Part shown: positions 24,701 to 38,189 of the stretch, one piece after another
Layout of the letters: the number at the start of each line of letters is the position of its first letter
Position numbering within the stretch: the stretch's first letter is position 1
NCBI GenBank assembly: GCA_050084515.1
Contig: CM114271.1
Span: 15,748,001 to 15,812,000 of the forward strand
Reading direction: 5' to 3'
DNA length: 64,000 bases
Source: Blasia pusilla
Lineage: Eukaryota
Notes under the pieces: generated by a model
The model's input: the letters and a program-made list of their open reading frames with translations, nothing else
Database searches by the model: none
What the model was told of the DNA's origin: nothing
Translations under genes and position numbers: made by a program

Positions 24701-26559
24701 CTACTTTACCTTCATATTTCTCCTAAAATTTTGAAGAATAGACCATGGGCAAATCACTCTCCTTAGGAGAATAATCCACTCTTAGGACTATGACGGGATA
24801 ATCCAATACTAGTGACTTGCCTGTGGTCTATTCTTCAAGAGTTGTGAGAGTCTAATATGTGTAAAAATAATTATTTGGAGAGAATTGTTATCTTAGGACA
24901 ATTCCCTTGGTCATTCTACGAAGAACGGATGGATTTGGACTTATAACTTTGCCAATGAGAGTGGACTATCTCTCTTGGGAAATCAACTCCATCATATCCC
25001 ATTCTTGAGAAGTTCAAGATTATCAAGTGTAGGCTGACTTGGGGAAGCTTATCTTCCATGAATCTGAGGGAAGGTATGTACCAATTTATCCATAATCTAA
25101 ATTTGTGTAGGGGATGAGAGGAGAATAGAGGATATTCGTTAATCATTGATAGTGATGGAGCGCGTTTTGTACCTAATTTTCCTTTTCTTAACCCAAACCA
25201 CCTAAATTTCTTGTTTGTAGATAGTAACTAGTTCACTCATTATCTAGTCTACCAATTTAGAGAGGCATTCATGAACCATATTATATAATCATCAACTCCT
25301 ATTATCACGTACGGAAGGACTTGGAATTATGCTTTGTATGTCCTTATTTAGTGATCTATGGATATAAATAGATTTGTTTGAGTAGGATTCAATACTAGTT
25401 AGTTGTATTATTTTTCTTGTGTATAAGCGTAAAGTAGTTTAGAAAGATTTTATTATTATGAATTTTAGGGTTAGATGTTATGAAGAAGTGGTCACCTCGG
25501 CACTACCATTTGTGATTTTTGTTGTGAGAGAATGGAGAGTGAATGTAGTAATTCTATACTGAATAAGAGAAATTATTAGAGAATTCACCTTGCACGAATG
25601 ATTGCTTCAGTTAGAAGGTTAGCCCTTACTCGAAGAAAAGCTCTCAACATGACAACGTAGAAGAGCCAAGTATGACGAAGGCATTAAATTAAAATCGTAA
25701 TACTTAGGGTTTTTGATTACATTGAAGAATATAAGCTTGATGCATGAGCCAAATCTAGTCTGAGAGAAAATTTTGCACATTTTTAAAACCACAACTTAAG
25801 GATACCTTGTAACTGCCTCTCTAAATATTGATGAGGAGGGTGAGTTGAATCTAGAAGTACCTTTGCTATATATATCTCAAAGGTAAAGAGGTGGCATTGA
25901 TCCAAAGAAATTATTAGTGGTCCTTGTCAATCCCATGCTCCATGGAAAGAAGTGAATGGCTTCATTAGTTATGATGACTATTTTCCATTGAAGATAACTT
26001 TGATAAAAAATATCTCTAGTTGTATGAATCATAAGCCCAAGATAGTGTAAGAGACACTAAAGTTCATGTTGAGAATGTAAAGCTTAACTTATGGTCACTG
26101 GTTTCTTAAATTCTTATAGGTGCAAAACTATCTTTGTGTTGAATCAAGTCGGTTGTGGATATATAGGTTCTTGCACATCAAAGACTCTACCTTGACTCTT
26201 GACTCAGATATTGAGTCCTAGTTAGAGACATGTTTGAGGTCTATTGGGTAGTTGGGACCGCTAGGTATACTAGCATTGTTTCAAGTCCCTAGAATAGCAA
26301 GGAAGTATGTCTCGAGTCTTTAACTACTTGCATGTGTTGGGGAGTAAGGGTTAGGTTAACGTTGGTATCTGGCCCTTGTCTAGATTGGTTAAGCTTGAAG
26401 GGTGATTCGAGATCCATACCTAGGAGACGCAAGGTTGGTTGATCCAAACCGTGGATCTGTATGCATATCATGTAGATTAATAAGGAGAGCGTGTCTTACA
26501 ATCACTTACTTAACGCAAAATTTTATGACACACAAGACTAACTTTTAAGAGAGTAGGTG

Positions 26560-28000
26560 CATGCATAATACATGTCCTCATGCATGGCATTAGAAGGGAG
26601 GTAGTCAAACGAATTTTTGGATAGCTACAAGATGCCAAGGATCTTGTCTTATACATGAAGAATATAATGCAAGCTTGAACCTTGTTTGGTATAGTGATGT
26701 AGATTGGGATGGATGCTAGGAGAAACTTTGCTCACTAGGAGGATTTGCATTCCTTCTAGATGGTGTGGCTATATCTTGGTGAGGTAAGAGGTAGTTATAG
26801 AATTTTTTGTCTCTCTCTTCTACAAATGATGCAACGGAGGAGGTTTTTTGGCTAGGAAAAGCCTTATAAGATCATGGCATTCCTCAACCACTTGTTTTCC
26901 TCATTTACAAGGAAAATTGGTCATATATTGCAAAAGTACAGATCGAGCAAATCTTGGCCCTATAAAGCACTTTTGATGTAAAATATCAATTTTTGAGATT
27001 GTGAATAAAGATGAGAGAGATCAAGATAGAGGACTATCCTATGTAGTTCATGCCTGCTGATATTTTTACCAAGACTCTTGGAAGAGTGTGCTTGGCCTCA
27101 TAGAGAGACATATTCCTTTTATGGAGGAGGAATTACTCAATAGTGATCATTTTCCATTACGAGCAATAAGCATGTGTGCTCTTTTTATTTTGGGAAAAGG
27201 TGGTCAAGCAAGGAAATATACGTACTCCCTACTCTTAGGATAGTAGGAAGGATATAAAAGGTATGTTTACTCTAGTGGAGATGATTCCAAAATTTCTCTC
27301 ATGCTAGTTTGTGGGCCAAAATTTTGGCTTAGCAAGTCATAAGAGGAGATCTGTTGGAGACCATGGAGAGAATGAGCTTGTGAAGACGGTGGAAGAAGCA
27401 TATAGAGAATTTTAAAATTTGAAACTCTTCTTTAATCTTTGCATATTAACTTTTTATATGCTCAAAAAGCCATCTGGGTCCGCATCAGTCATAACAATTC
27501 TGAAGGTTGCTTTACATTGTCTTGTACAGCTCGTTAAGAGCTTTCCAACATATCCAAAATTGCTCAATTTTGACACTTTAAGCTCATGCAGTAGCAACTT
27601 CAGTGTAGGAAAGTGCAATTAGTAAAAGAATGTTATGCAATTTGCTATTTACAAGCCAATTTCGACTATTTCTTCCATACAGTTGGTCAATTTTGGAAAA
27701 TTCCAGATCAGTTTTTGTGTAGAAGTGGTCCATGGTTCAAATGGAGCAGTGGAGAGCCTCAAATTATGTTTTTGTGAGTGAAATCATTCGTCATGGAGTA
27801 TTCCTCAACAACAATCACAAGCGAGAAGCTAGATAAGCAAAATTAGAATGTTTGGAAATTTCCCATGAAAAAAAATTTCATGGTCAAGAACTATGGGAGC
27901 TTGTTACAAGTGATGAGGCCAAGCCACAAGGTGACTCAACAAAATTGAATGTTTGCGTTTGGAACAAAGGCGCAAGGCAAGTAATCCACTACATTTCAAT
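26560..28000 (+). mobile_element. Ty1/Copia remnant: RNase H end, LTR-like segment, then start of another gag
   Basis: KHFDVKYQFLR...PADIFTKTLG (26965-27085) is the Copia RNase H signature. It is followed by a purine tract (ggaggagg), LTR-like 27134-27450 and FHGQELWELVTSDEAKP (~27877), which resembles a Copia gag N-terminus. Confidence 0.7.
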
Positions 28001-30840
28001 TACGATGTGATCGCCAATGATAGGAACTCTAATCATCATTCTTATTGTCTTTGCTCATTGAATGTACTCATGTCATTGCATGGATGCAAACTCAATCCTC
28101 TAGCCATGATTTTCATTATGTGAAGTCATTGAATGTACATGCATATATCATTGTATATTCATCCTCTTAAGCATGGAGATGGTGTCAATTGTGAGAAAGA
28201 CACTTGCATGTCATGTTTGGATGTAGATTAGGAAAGTCAAGTAGCACTTAGAGCCCCTAAAAAACTTGATCCATATAATATATTTCAGGGATTTGAAAAG
28301 GGGGAGATTCATGAGTGAAATGGATCCATGCATTGGATGAGATTTGATAATCCTAGCACTAGTGAATAGTATTAAAGCCAATATATTAGATACTCCAATC
28401 ACACAAGACGAATGATGCAAAAAAAGAATATCTATATGTATGTACAAGATTTGTATAAAATGGACACTCAGTTTTGTACATATTTTGCAAATCTATCTTA
28501 TATTACTAGCATGCATCTAATGTGTGATATATGCATATTTCGAAGCTTTAACTCATTATCTCTTAGGATTTGAAGGACTTCTCATAGATGATTTATATGC
28601 TCCTCTATGGTGTAACTATAGACTAAGATATCATCTAAGAATACAATGACAGACTTTTCTAAATATGGACAAAAGATATCATTCATTAGGCCCATAAAGG
28701 TTGCAGTTGCATTAGTAAGACCAAATGGCATGACTAAGTATTCAAAGTGTCCATACCTAGTACGAAAAGCAGTCTTATGTATATCTTCATCCGCAATCCA
28801 AATTTGGTTGTAGCCGCTTCTAAGATCAAGTTTGGTGAAGTATTTTGCTCCTTGTAGCTGGTCGAACAAATCATCCATTCTTGGTAATGGATATTTTTTT
28901 TGACTATTTGTTGATTCAATGCTCGATAATCGATACACAGTCGCATGCTTCCATCCTTCTTTTTCACAAAAAGTACAGGGGCTCCATATGGCGAGACGCT
29001 TGGTTAGATGAAGCCTTTTTGCAACATCTCCTCCACTTTGGCTTTGCATTCTTCTAATTCCCTTGGAGCTAAGCAAGAAGGAGCCGTATATGGTGGTGTG
29101 CTTCATAGAAGGACCTCAATCTTGTGGTCTACTCTCTATTTGGATGGTAACCCTGATGGTAAATCATTTGGGAATTCATCTTTATATTCCTCTAATAGTT
29201 CTCTCAATTTGTGTGGTACCTCTGAATATTTTTTCAAACCATCAACACTTATTAAACCTAGGAAATATAAATCTTGATGTTTGATGGCGGTTTCTCTTAT
29301 TACATATAGGGGTAGGATTCTCGGACGTGATCTGACTCTATCTCTGTAAAGCTTCCACTCTCGGGTCTTCACAATCTTTTTCCTCCAATCTATCTCTAGA
29401 TTATACTATTTTATCCAAGGCATTCCCAAGATAACATCATAATGTGCTAATCTAATGACCTTCATCTCCAACTCTTCTTGATACTTTCCTATCCTCAACT
29501 CTACCCTTCGAGGAAGCTTCTCAATCTTTTCTGTTTGCCCGTTTGGAAATTCTACCTCTTTTTTTATCCCTCTCTAAAGCTAAGCCCAATTTCATTGGTA
29601 TGGCTCTTGAAAGGAAGTTTTCTGTTGCCCCAGGATCAATCAACACTCTAACTTGGGATCCTTCTACTTCCCCATCTATAACAATGAGATGTGTTTCTCC
29701 TCTCTTCAAACCATTTAGCTCCATATTTTCGTCTCAACCCTCGTATTTCCTCTTTTTGTTAAAACCAGTATATCTGCGAGACGCAATTAGTGGTGGTTGG
29801 ATTTTCCCTAAGGTCCGCCTTCTTCGTCATCTTCTTGCATGTATCTTCCTTCAAGATGATTAAGAGGGCGACGATATGGCCTATTTTTTACCCTAAGAAG
29901 ACGATAATTAGTGGCAATATGACCATATCTACCACGCTCAAAATATTGGCGTGTATTTCTTCGGACTTGGAATTCTCTCCCTCCTCTAGGAACCCTCAAC
30001 CCATCAGTTCAAGGAGCAATCCCTTGTATGTCGGAGTTCCAATCTCTCTCCATTGGCAGCCTTCCATTATACCTTGGCGGTGCATAACCATCTCGTTCTT
30101 GAAGGTTATCCAACTCCATGGATGTAGATCCGTAGTGATTGTTCATGGAAGCAACCACCTCTCCTCCTCCTTCGTACACACTTGCCATACGTTGGCCACA
30201 TGGGATTGCTTCATTGACATCTTTTGGGTTGTCTCAAATCACCTCTTGACGCACCTTCCTCTTCAAACCTTTCTTGAACACATCGAGAGCTTCTGGCCCA
30301 CTCATGTTGCGGATCTGTATCTCCAAGTCACGAAACTCTTTGATGTATTCCTCCACAATACCTTTATGCTCCAGTGGCCATAATTTTATTCTAGGAGTGA
30401 AGATTGGATCCACAGCTTGGAAATTGGATCCACAAGATTGGACCCACAGCAAGGATAGCAGCCCTTGCTTCATTCCGCTCCATGTGATTTGTTGAGTTGT
30501 TTCAATCAAGGATCTTTTCCATCCTTGATACCATGTCAATGCTCAATCGGTTAACAAAGATCTTATGAACATCCGTGCAATATGATCATCAATATTGAAA
30601 AGGGATAAATGGATTTCTATCTGAGTGATCCAACCCTCTAATACCCCCATTGCTTGACTTCCTTTGTACGGTTCTACTTTGCATGCTTTGATCATTTTCA
30701 ATATCAATGATGCTTGGACATTCATCTCCATCAATCTTTATGTTGTTTGGGCCTGCAATACTCGTGCCCTTAACATTTTGTCACTCTCCCCACTCACAAG
30801 TCACAACACTCATGGTTTCCATCTCCATCCCACCTATCAT

Positions 30841-30943
<103 letters not shown>

Positions 30944-31678
30944 ATATTTTTAACCGAAGCAACTTCTTGGGCTAAGTTTTGGACTTGGTTTTGACTTTGA
31001 TCAAATAAAACTCTCAACCCTCTTAATTCACAAATCATGTCCATCAAATTTTCTTCCATGATCGCTCCGACTTTCCCCTGACCCTTTACTATCACTCTAA
31101 TATAAGATCAAGATATACATCTGCCAATTTCGCACAATAGGGAATACAAAAGGCAATGTTGATGCAATGACTTCATCATAATACTCTTGGCCAAACTTCC
31201 TCACCATAAATTCTCTATATGCTCTCTTAAGTTGACAAACCATATGGACTATACATTGAGTGTCAAAAAATGCTTGTGGGGGCCCATTCAAATCCATTCC
31301 CCATATCTTATCTAAAACAATATATAAATAGTGCAATCCCACACACAATCATATGTAACAATAGGAAGGATCACCGGGAAGCGAGACTCCATCACTTGCG
31401 TCATGAAAACTTCACCAAAGTGATATACGAGGGATCTCGTGAACCAGTGTCTATCTAAATATAAGAGTTTGATGGTGAACGGATTAAGAAACAAAAAATT
31501 AGGAGCCACTCTTGCTCCCCCCTCCATCCATTACCTACAAAAAAACCCTTCACCCTTACTCTACTTGCAACTCAATAGCCACTGCCAACCTATAACAACC
31601 TATCTACTCTCGATAGTGTATCATTACTTGGTTATCCTTCCAAGAAGGGTAATCCACTTTCGTTGGAAGAACAACCTT

Positions 31679-31690
31679 GCTTTGATACCA
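31679..31690 (-). promoter_or_regulatory. Primer-binding site (initiator tRNA-Met type)
   Basis: TGGTATCAAAGC on the minus strand, 1 nt after the LTR-terminal CA at 31692. Confidence 0.8.
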
Positions 31691-32035
31691 TTGTAACTCT
31701 CGAGCTCAGAGAACCACTCTAGAGTTGCTCAAAGGTAGAATGCCCCACGAAGCCTCTCCTCTTCCTTTGTATACTTAGAAATAGATACAATGAAGACAAA
31801 TTAGCTCTAGCTATCCTTATGCCACGTGTCCTACTCTCATAGCATGAGAGGATCTCCTTTGGACTCTAATGTCCCAACCTCATCTTCCTCAACCTCATCC
31901 TTATCTTCCTTTTCATCAACCTATGGCCCCACTCTCATCTTTATCTCATATATCTTGCCTTTTCTCTTTTTGGTTGATTCTTTCCCACTTATGTGCTTCA
32001 GGTCATAGATTCTAACTTAAATATGACTAACAAAG

Positions 32036-32537
32036 GATGGTTACAGGTTGTTGCCTCTCGTTTGGAGGTGATTGTTGAGGAGGTGGTGGACCTACCCTTG
32101 AAGCATGTGCTCGGGATGTCCTTCACATAGTCATGGTATGTTGCAGCAGAAAAGTTGGTAGATATCCTAGCTAGGCCAGCAATAGGGTATAAGAGTGAGA
32201 GAGATGGCTTTCTCAAGCCATCTTTCTCATGTTAAGCCATAGGAACCCCTCTTTTCCATAGACGTATGTGAGTGTGTAGGAGTTAGGGTGCTAGCATCCG
32301 GATTTCCTCATAGTAGAGGATGGATGTGGTTCGATATGCCGATGCAGATTCAAGAGTGGAGTTTTAGGCCGGGTGAGCCAATTTTACTAATCTGATTTTG
32401 TTATGGGGTCTCAATGTATATGTGTGAGTTTGTTTGGTTTATGGATGGATCGACCCGTGTGTTGGGAAGATCGGTGTTGTGTGGTGTGTAGATATGACCA
32501 TCAATGTGGTTGTGTAGCAATGTGTATACGCACGACA
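32036..32537 (+). mobile_element. Internally deleted fragment of the DNMT-Gypsy family (gag-pol scrap plus partial A and complete B repeat)
   Basis: 32036-32185 matches B ~17745-17880. 32195-32537 matches the reverse complement of copy C's A and B repeats and ends TGTGTATACGCACGACA. Confidence 0.8.
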
Positions 32538-33599
32538 TAGGAGGGGGATATGGCCGAGTATTTTCTTAATACTCAAGAGCCTCAAACCATGAGGAGTTTG
32601 GGAGAATTGATGATAGAGTGAATTTTTTAGGAAGCATACCAATGGAGGAAATTATCCAAACTCATCAAAGATAGAAAATTGATTTTTATATGAATGTGTG
32701 ATAGGTTAGGGACTTAGTGAAATTATAGATATAAATTATCACTTAGGTTGTAATAAAAATATAGAATTCTTACGCATGCGCATTGTCTTATGTCTCTCAC
32801 TCTACATCGTAATGTACTATATCCATTTTTTGCAAAGGCTATGTACTCCTATGCATGAATGTCACAATATACTTTCAATATAGAAGGGATGAGTGATTGA
32901 TGTAGAAACACAACTCCATTTCTAGGAGAAAGAAAAAGGGTTCAAAATTCTCTCTATCGTTGTGTTGGTGGAATCAAATGTCCATCTAAATATACCACAA
33001 TCATCCATGGTCATGAAAGGCCTTTGGCCTTGAAGGAATATTTGATAGCATCAATAGTGCAAAAAAATTTCTTCGAAGGTGTAGAGGTCCAACTTTAATA
33101 CCTCCTCCAATACTCCAAAATTATATAGAAGATATCTCATTAAAATATTTTTATCTTGTCTGGATGCTCGTGACTCTTAATTAAAAGTGCAATAAATACT
33201 ATACTATCTTTGAGTCCATGTATATTGCTCATCCAAATTGAATATCTTGACTTGAAATTCCAACCATCCCCTTGTAACTATGTGAACTTAGTAAGAGTGC
33301 TGATGACTTTTTCCACAAAATCAAGGTCCAATGCAAGGTAATCTACCATGTTCTATCCAAGAGGGCGTCATTGAACAAGATTTAATATATATATGAGTCA
33401 TGTAGCTTCTGAACCAGGAAAATCACGATTCTATGGAGCATGCATCCCTCTCTTGGTCATAGTGACCTAACCACTCAATCATGCATAATTAAGTTGTTCA
33501 TAAGAAAAAATGTGTGTGCTTAGGAGCGGCGTGTCTCTGTAAAATATACCCTTTTATAGACCTCGTATGGTTTCTTCTCATCGAATCATCATCATCATC

Positions 33600-33900
33600 C
33601 AAAGTGCCTGTAGCACGGGTCCAGCAATGAAGAAGACCCAACAACTCAGATGTGTAAAACATGACCTTGTGATGATCTTATCATATCATATCATGGGAGG
33701 TTGTTTATTCACCACCATATGCACATTGAGGAATGTGGATACCCTTTGAATCAATGGGCTCCTTACAAATACAATTAGGTCTACCTAAGTGAGAAGGGTA
33801 GGAAAGTTGAGTGTATAATCCTAGATTTTTTGGGAATATACTCTCTAGAAGTCTTAGACAAAATGGAAGAATAAGGAGATTTGCACCAAGCCATGCCTCA
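33600..33900 (+). repeat. Degenerate dispersed repeat (unclassified TE remnant) also at ~51400-51670
   Basis: atgtggataccctttgaatcaatgggctccttacaaatacaattagg matches catggataccctttgcgttaatgagctccttacataaacaattagac. Confidence 0.55.
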
Positions 33901-33985
33901 GATGGACTTAAAGAGCGTCAAAGGATGCCTTAATTTTCTAGATAATTTGATTTGGTGAAAATTCTTAGAGATAAGCTCTTGAAGT

Positions 33986-34123
33986 TGTCGTGCGCATACA
34001 TATCGCTACACAACATACATCGCTGGACACATCTCCACCACACAACACCGATCTTCCCCACACACGGGTCGATCCACACATGTACAAAAATCAACGCATA
34101 CATATACATGGAGATCATACAAC
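33986..34123 (-). repeat. Terminal repeat B2 of copy C (138 bp)
   Basis: Direct repeat of 34606-34743 with about 11 mismatches. Confidence 0.9.
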
Positions 34124-34603
34124 AAAAATAAAGAGTAGTAAAAATGGCACACCCGGCCTAAAACTCCACTCCTCAATCTACATCGGCATATCGAGCCTCG
34201 TCCATCCTGTGCTATCAAGAAATCCGGACGCTAGCACCCTAGTCCTATCTCATACACATACAAGAGAGGTGCTCCAACGGCCCAACATGAGAAAGATGGC
34301 TTAGGAAAGCCATCTTCCTCTCTTATATAGGGTTGGGAAGAGCCAAAAGGCTCTTCCCCCAAAAATAGCCCTCCCCTTGGTAACCTACGCGCACAGGTTA
34401 CCAAGGGCGGGTGACCTTGGCAACAAGTCACCTGGATGTGAAAGACCTCAACATGAAAGTTGTCGGAAATGACATTCTTGACACAATGGACCTATCCTCA
34501 ACCTCACCCGAAACCATGGGATAAAGTTACACTCAAGATAGTCGGCTGGCTCCTACGCCCTATCCACGATAGATCTCAGCCTATCGGCTACTCAGATGTG
34601 ATA
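34124..34603 (-). repeat. Repeat A2 of copy C (~480 bp)
   Basis: Direct repeat of 43285-43758. Confidence 0.9.
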
Positions 34604-34605
34604 GC

Positions 34606-34743
34606 TGTCGTGCGCATACACATCGCTACACAACATACATCCCTGGTCATATCTACACCACAAAACACCAATCTTCCCCACACACAGGTCGATCCACACA
34701 TGTACAAAAATCAACTCATACACATACATGGAGATCACACAAC
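34606..34743 (-). repeat. Repeat B1 of copy C, immediately downstream of the purine tract
   Basis: On the minus strand it follows CCAGCTAGGGGGGCA (34744-34758) and matches B2. Confidence 0.9.
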
Positions 34744-34819
34744 TGCCCCCCTAGCTGGCAGTTGGATCCTTCCAACTCCAGATAGAAAATATCATATCTC
34801 TATGACATGACCTACTACC

Positions 34820-34966
34820 CTATACACATCTCAGACACATCCATCGTCCCGTGGGAACCACATCACGAAGGAGGGTCAGACATGACATATGCCACCCTGG
34901 AGAAAAACCATCACATACCAACATGGTGGCTGCATCCCTCGCAAATCCGCACAACATACATCTCAA
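34820..34966 (-). other. PHD finger (C4-H-C3) at the integrase C-terminus of copy C
   Basis: RCMLCGFARDAATMLVCDGFSPGWHMSCLTLLRDVVPTGRWMCLRCV matches PHD spacing (one Cys mutated to Phe), including the MLxCDxC..xH..C and P.G.W.C..C hallmarks. Confidence 0.85.
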
Positions 34967-37900
34967 GCCTGCAAATACCACTGCCAAGCTCGGATCCACC
35001 ATTCCGTCTACGTTCGGAAGATGACATGGCGCACGATTGCGCACATGATCCTTCCAAACCATACCATCCCGTCCCTCCAACATGAGGACTCCGGTCGGTA
35101 ATATCTCGCGCACACGTAGGATCGTGCGCCTTGTAGTGACATCTAGCGTCGTGGGTGTCGCCTGCTGTAAATACACGTAATCTCTAGGATGAAACCTCAT
35201 AATCCTTGGACGATAATCTCCTCCACAAATGGTCGCGTACCTCAATGTATCTCTATGTTGAGCAATAGCTAAGTTCTCAAAGGCCATAGGCATAACTCTA
35301 CGAAAAACCTCCGCCCTCTGAGAACATGCTTGTACCCACACATCTGGATCATCAAGATCTAACACCTCCGCCATGTCACGTCGAATCGCTGCAGGTAAAT
35401 TTGGCTCTCTCCCAAAGAGCAAAAATTGTGGTGAAAATGATGCCAAGGATGCCTACCGACTAAAGCGATAACCCATAGCCAACCATGGCAAGTGTAGATC
35501 CCACTCCCTCAACTGTCCTCGCTGCAAGCCATACTTGCGCAATCCTCTCTTCACCGTCCGTACCACTCTCTCCGCCAACCCATCCGCCTCAGGATGATCT
35601 CTGGACGTGGTGCTGTGATCTATCAACGCTTGATCACACAAGGCCTCAAACTCTCCCCTGAACTCGGTACCCTGGTCAGTCAATACCTCCGCCGGTGCAC
35701 CAAAGTGACTAAGCACATGATCTAGAAAAGCATAAGTTGTTCCCTTGCTCGCCTTGTCTAGTAGTGCCACCAACTCTATCCACTTGGAGAAATGCTCCAC
35801 CATGACCAACACGTACCTATGATGACGCCCCGTAAATGGCAAAGGTCCCGCAAAGTTTAAACTCCACCGATAACCTAAACCCATAATAGGCAACGGATGT
35901 AACTGCGAAGTGGGAGCATTGAAGGATGCTCGCACTCTATCACATACTATACATCTGGCCACAAACTGTTGTACCCCAGTATGCATGTCGTGCCACCAAT
36001 ATTGAATCTGGAGTAAGCTATAAGTACGCTTCAGTCCAAAATGTCCCAACTTCTCATGGGCATGTCGCACTACACGTGCTCGTTGGGAAGGATGAGGTAC
36101 CACTCGTATCCTACCATCTCCCCATACCCGCAAAATGTGAGTCCCTTCCCACCTGAACCTCCTAGCTCTCTGTAGGATCCAATCCCGCTCCCTAGCACTC
36201 ACTATGCTCGCTATGACGCCAGTGTGCAAGAACTCCACAACCTCCACGTCATCATGGATATCATGACCACCTGTCGCCTCCTCACTGACCTCCGGATCCA
36301 AAGACTCATCATCCAACCCCACCACTAGAGTCATCACCCGTGGTTGACCTGCCATAGTCAACCAACAAAGATAGGGAGATGCATGCCAATCGGGCACCAT
36401 CTCCTCATCACTCTCTCCGTGCCATCGAGCTCATGTTTCGTCTCTCTGACTTGGACATGGATTATGACTCAACCCATCCGTATCCTGGTTTATACGACTT
36501 GGCTTAGGAACCACCTCAAACTCATACTCCTGTAGTAATAGAGCCCATCTGGCAAGCTTTTCCGTAAGCTTGTCAGACTCCATCAACCACCTGAACGGCT
36601 AATGATCACTGATAAGTGTGAAAGGGTTGCCGAATAAATAGCACCTGAAATGTGTCACGGCCCACACTGCAGCCAAGCACTCTCCCTCGTAGGAGCTGTA
36701 CTTTGCCTCTGCAATGTTGTTTGATCGGCTTGCGTAAGCCACAACAAACTCCCTCTCCTCGTCATCCCTCTGAGTAAGCACTACTCCTAGACCCAACATG
36801 CTCCAATCCGTATGTAACTAGAATGGGCGACCCCTAACCAGTCTCTGTAAAATGGGTGAGGACGTCAACCTATCCTTGAGCTCTTGAAATGCTCGCTCTT
36901 GATCATCTCCCCACAACCAAACCTGATCAAGTCTCGCCAACAAGGTCAAAGACTTTGCGATCGCACTAAAATCCTTGACATACCGTCGATAGAAGTTTGC
37001 CAGTCCAAGAAATGCTCGGACTCGACTCACATCTGTAGGACGTGGAATCTGTGCAAAAGCCTCTACCTTTGTCTGCTGAACGCCTAACCCACTCGGGTAT
37101 ATGGTGTGTCCCAAGTACTCAATCTGCTCTTGAAAGAATCTGCACTTGCCTGGATGTAACTTCAGTCCATGAAAGTTCAATCGCCGAAATACCTCCTCCA
37201 GGTGTCGCTTGTGCTCCTCAAGTGTGGAATTGAAGATAAGAATATCATCTATGTAACATCGTACAAACTCCAAGCCAGCCAGAATCCTATCCATCACTCT
37301 CTAAAACTCTGCAAGCGCGTTCTTCAACCCAAATGGTAAGAACCGCCACTAATACAAGAAATCTCTCCCGAACCGATCTATCCCCCAGAATGTTGTCTTC
37401 TCCTTGTCCTCCAACCTGATAGGAAGCTGATGATAGCCAGCATGGAGATCTAAAGTACTGAAGATCTTTGCATGCCCTACCGCATCAAAGATCTCCTCAG
37501 GAGTAGGCATGGCATACCGATATGACCTCGTCTGTCGGTTGATAGGACGGTAATCTCCACACATCCGCCTATCCGTCCAATTGCCATACATATCCTTCTT
37601 TGCCGGCATGACTCTGGCATATGCATACTCCCCATGTGATAACTCCACAACAAGTCCTAACTCGTGCTCTGAATCAAGGCTCGCTCCATATCGGAATACC
37701 TATAGGGTCGACCAAAGATCGGCGTATCACTAGCCAACTCAATCCGTATTCCGGGACCCTTCAGCGTACTTGGCCAAGTCTCTCATACTGAAGGCAAAAC
37801 AACTGACATGCCCTCTCAAAAACCTATGAACTCGCCCTCACTCTCCTCCTATCAACTTGAGACCTATCACAGGTTCCCAAGTTTCCATCGTGACCTCACT

Positions 37901-38189
37901 CGGAGAGGACGCAACCTCCGGCTTTGGTTGCTATGTAGCAACCCTAGCCACCTCCGCAACAGCCACTCCACTCTGATCTCCTACACCATGCTCCACATCC
38001 AAAAAAATGAACATGTACTACTCTGGCCGCCTTGGCACTCTCTACTCGAACGACGTCCCAAGAAGTCCATGGGTGCCTATCTCTCCTCGCCTACCAATGC
38101 CTGACCAATGCACTGTCAGACCACTGAGGCAATGGTCTAACTCGTGGACATGACGGCGTGGATGACACTTGCATCCGTCTCTACTCAGG

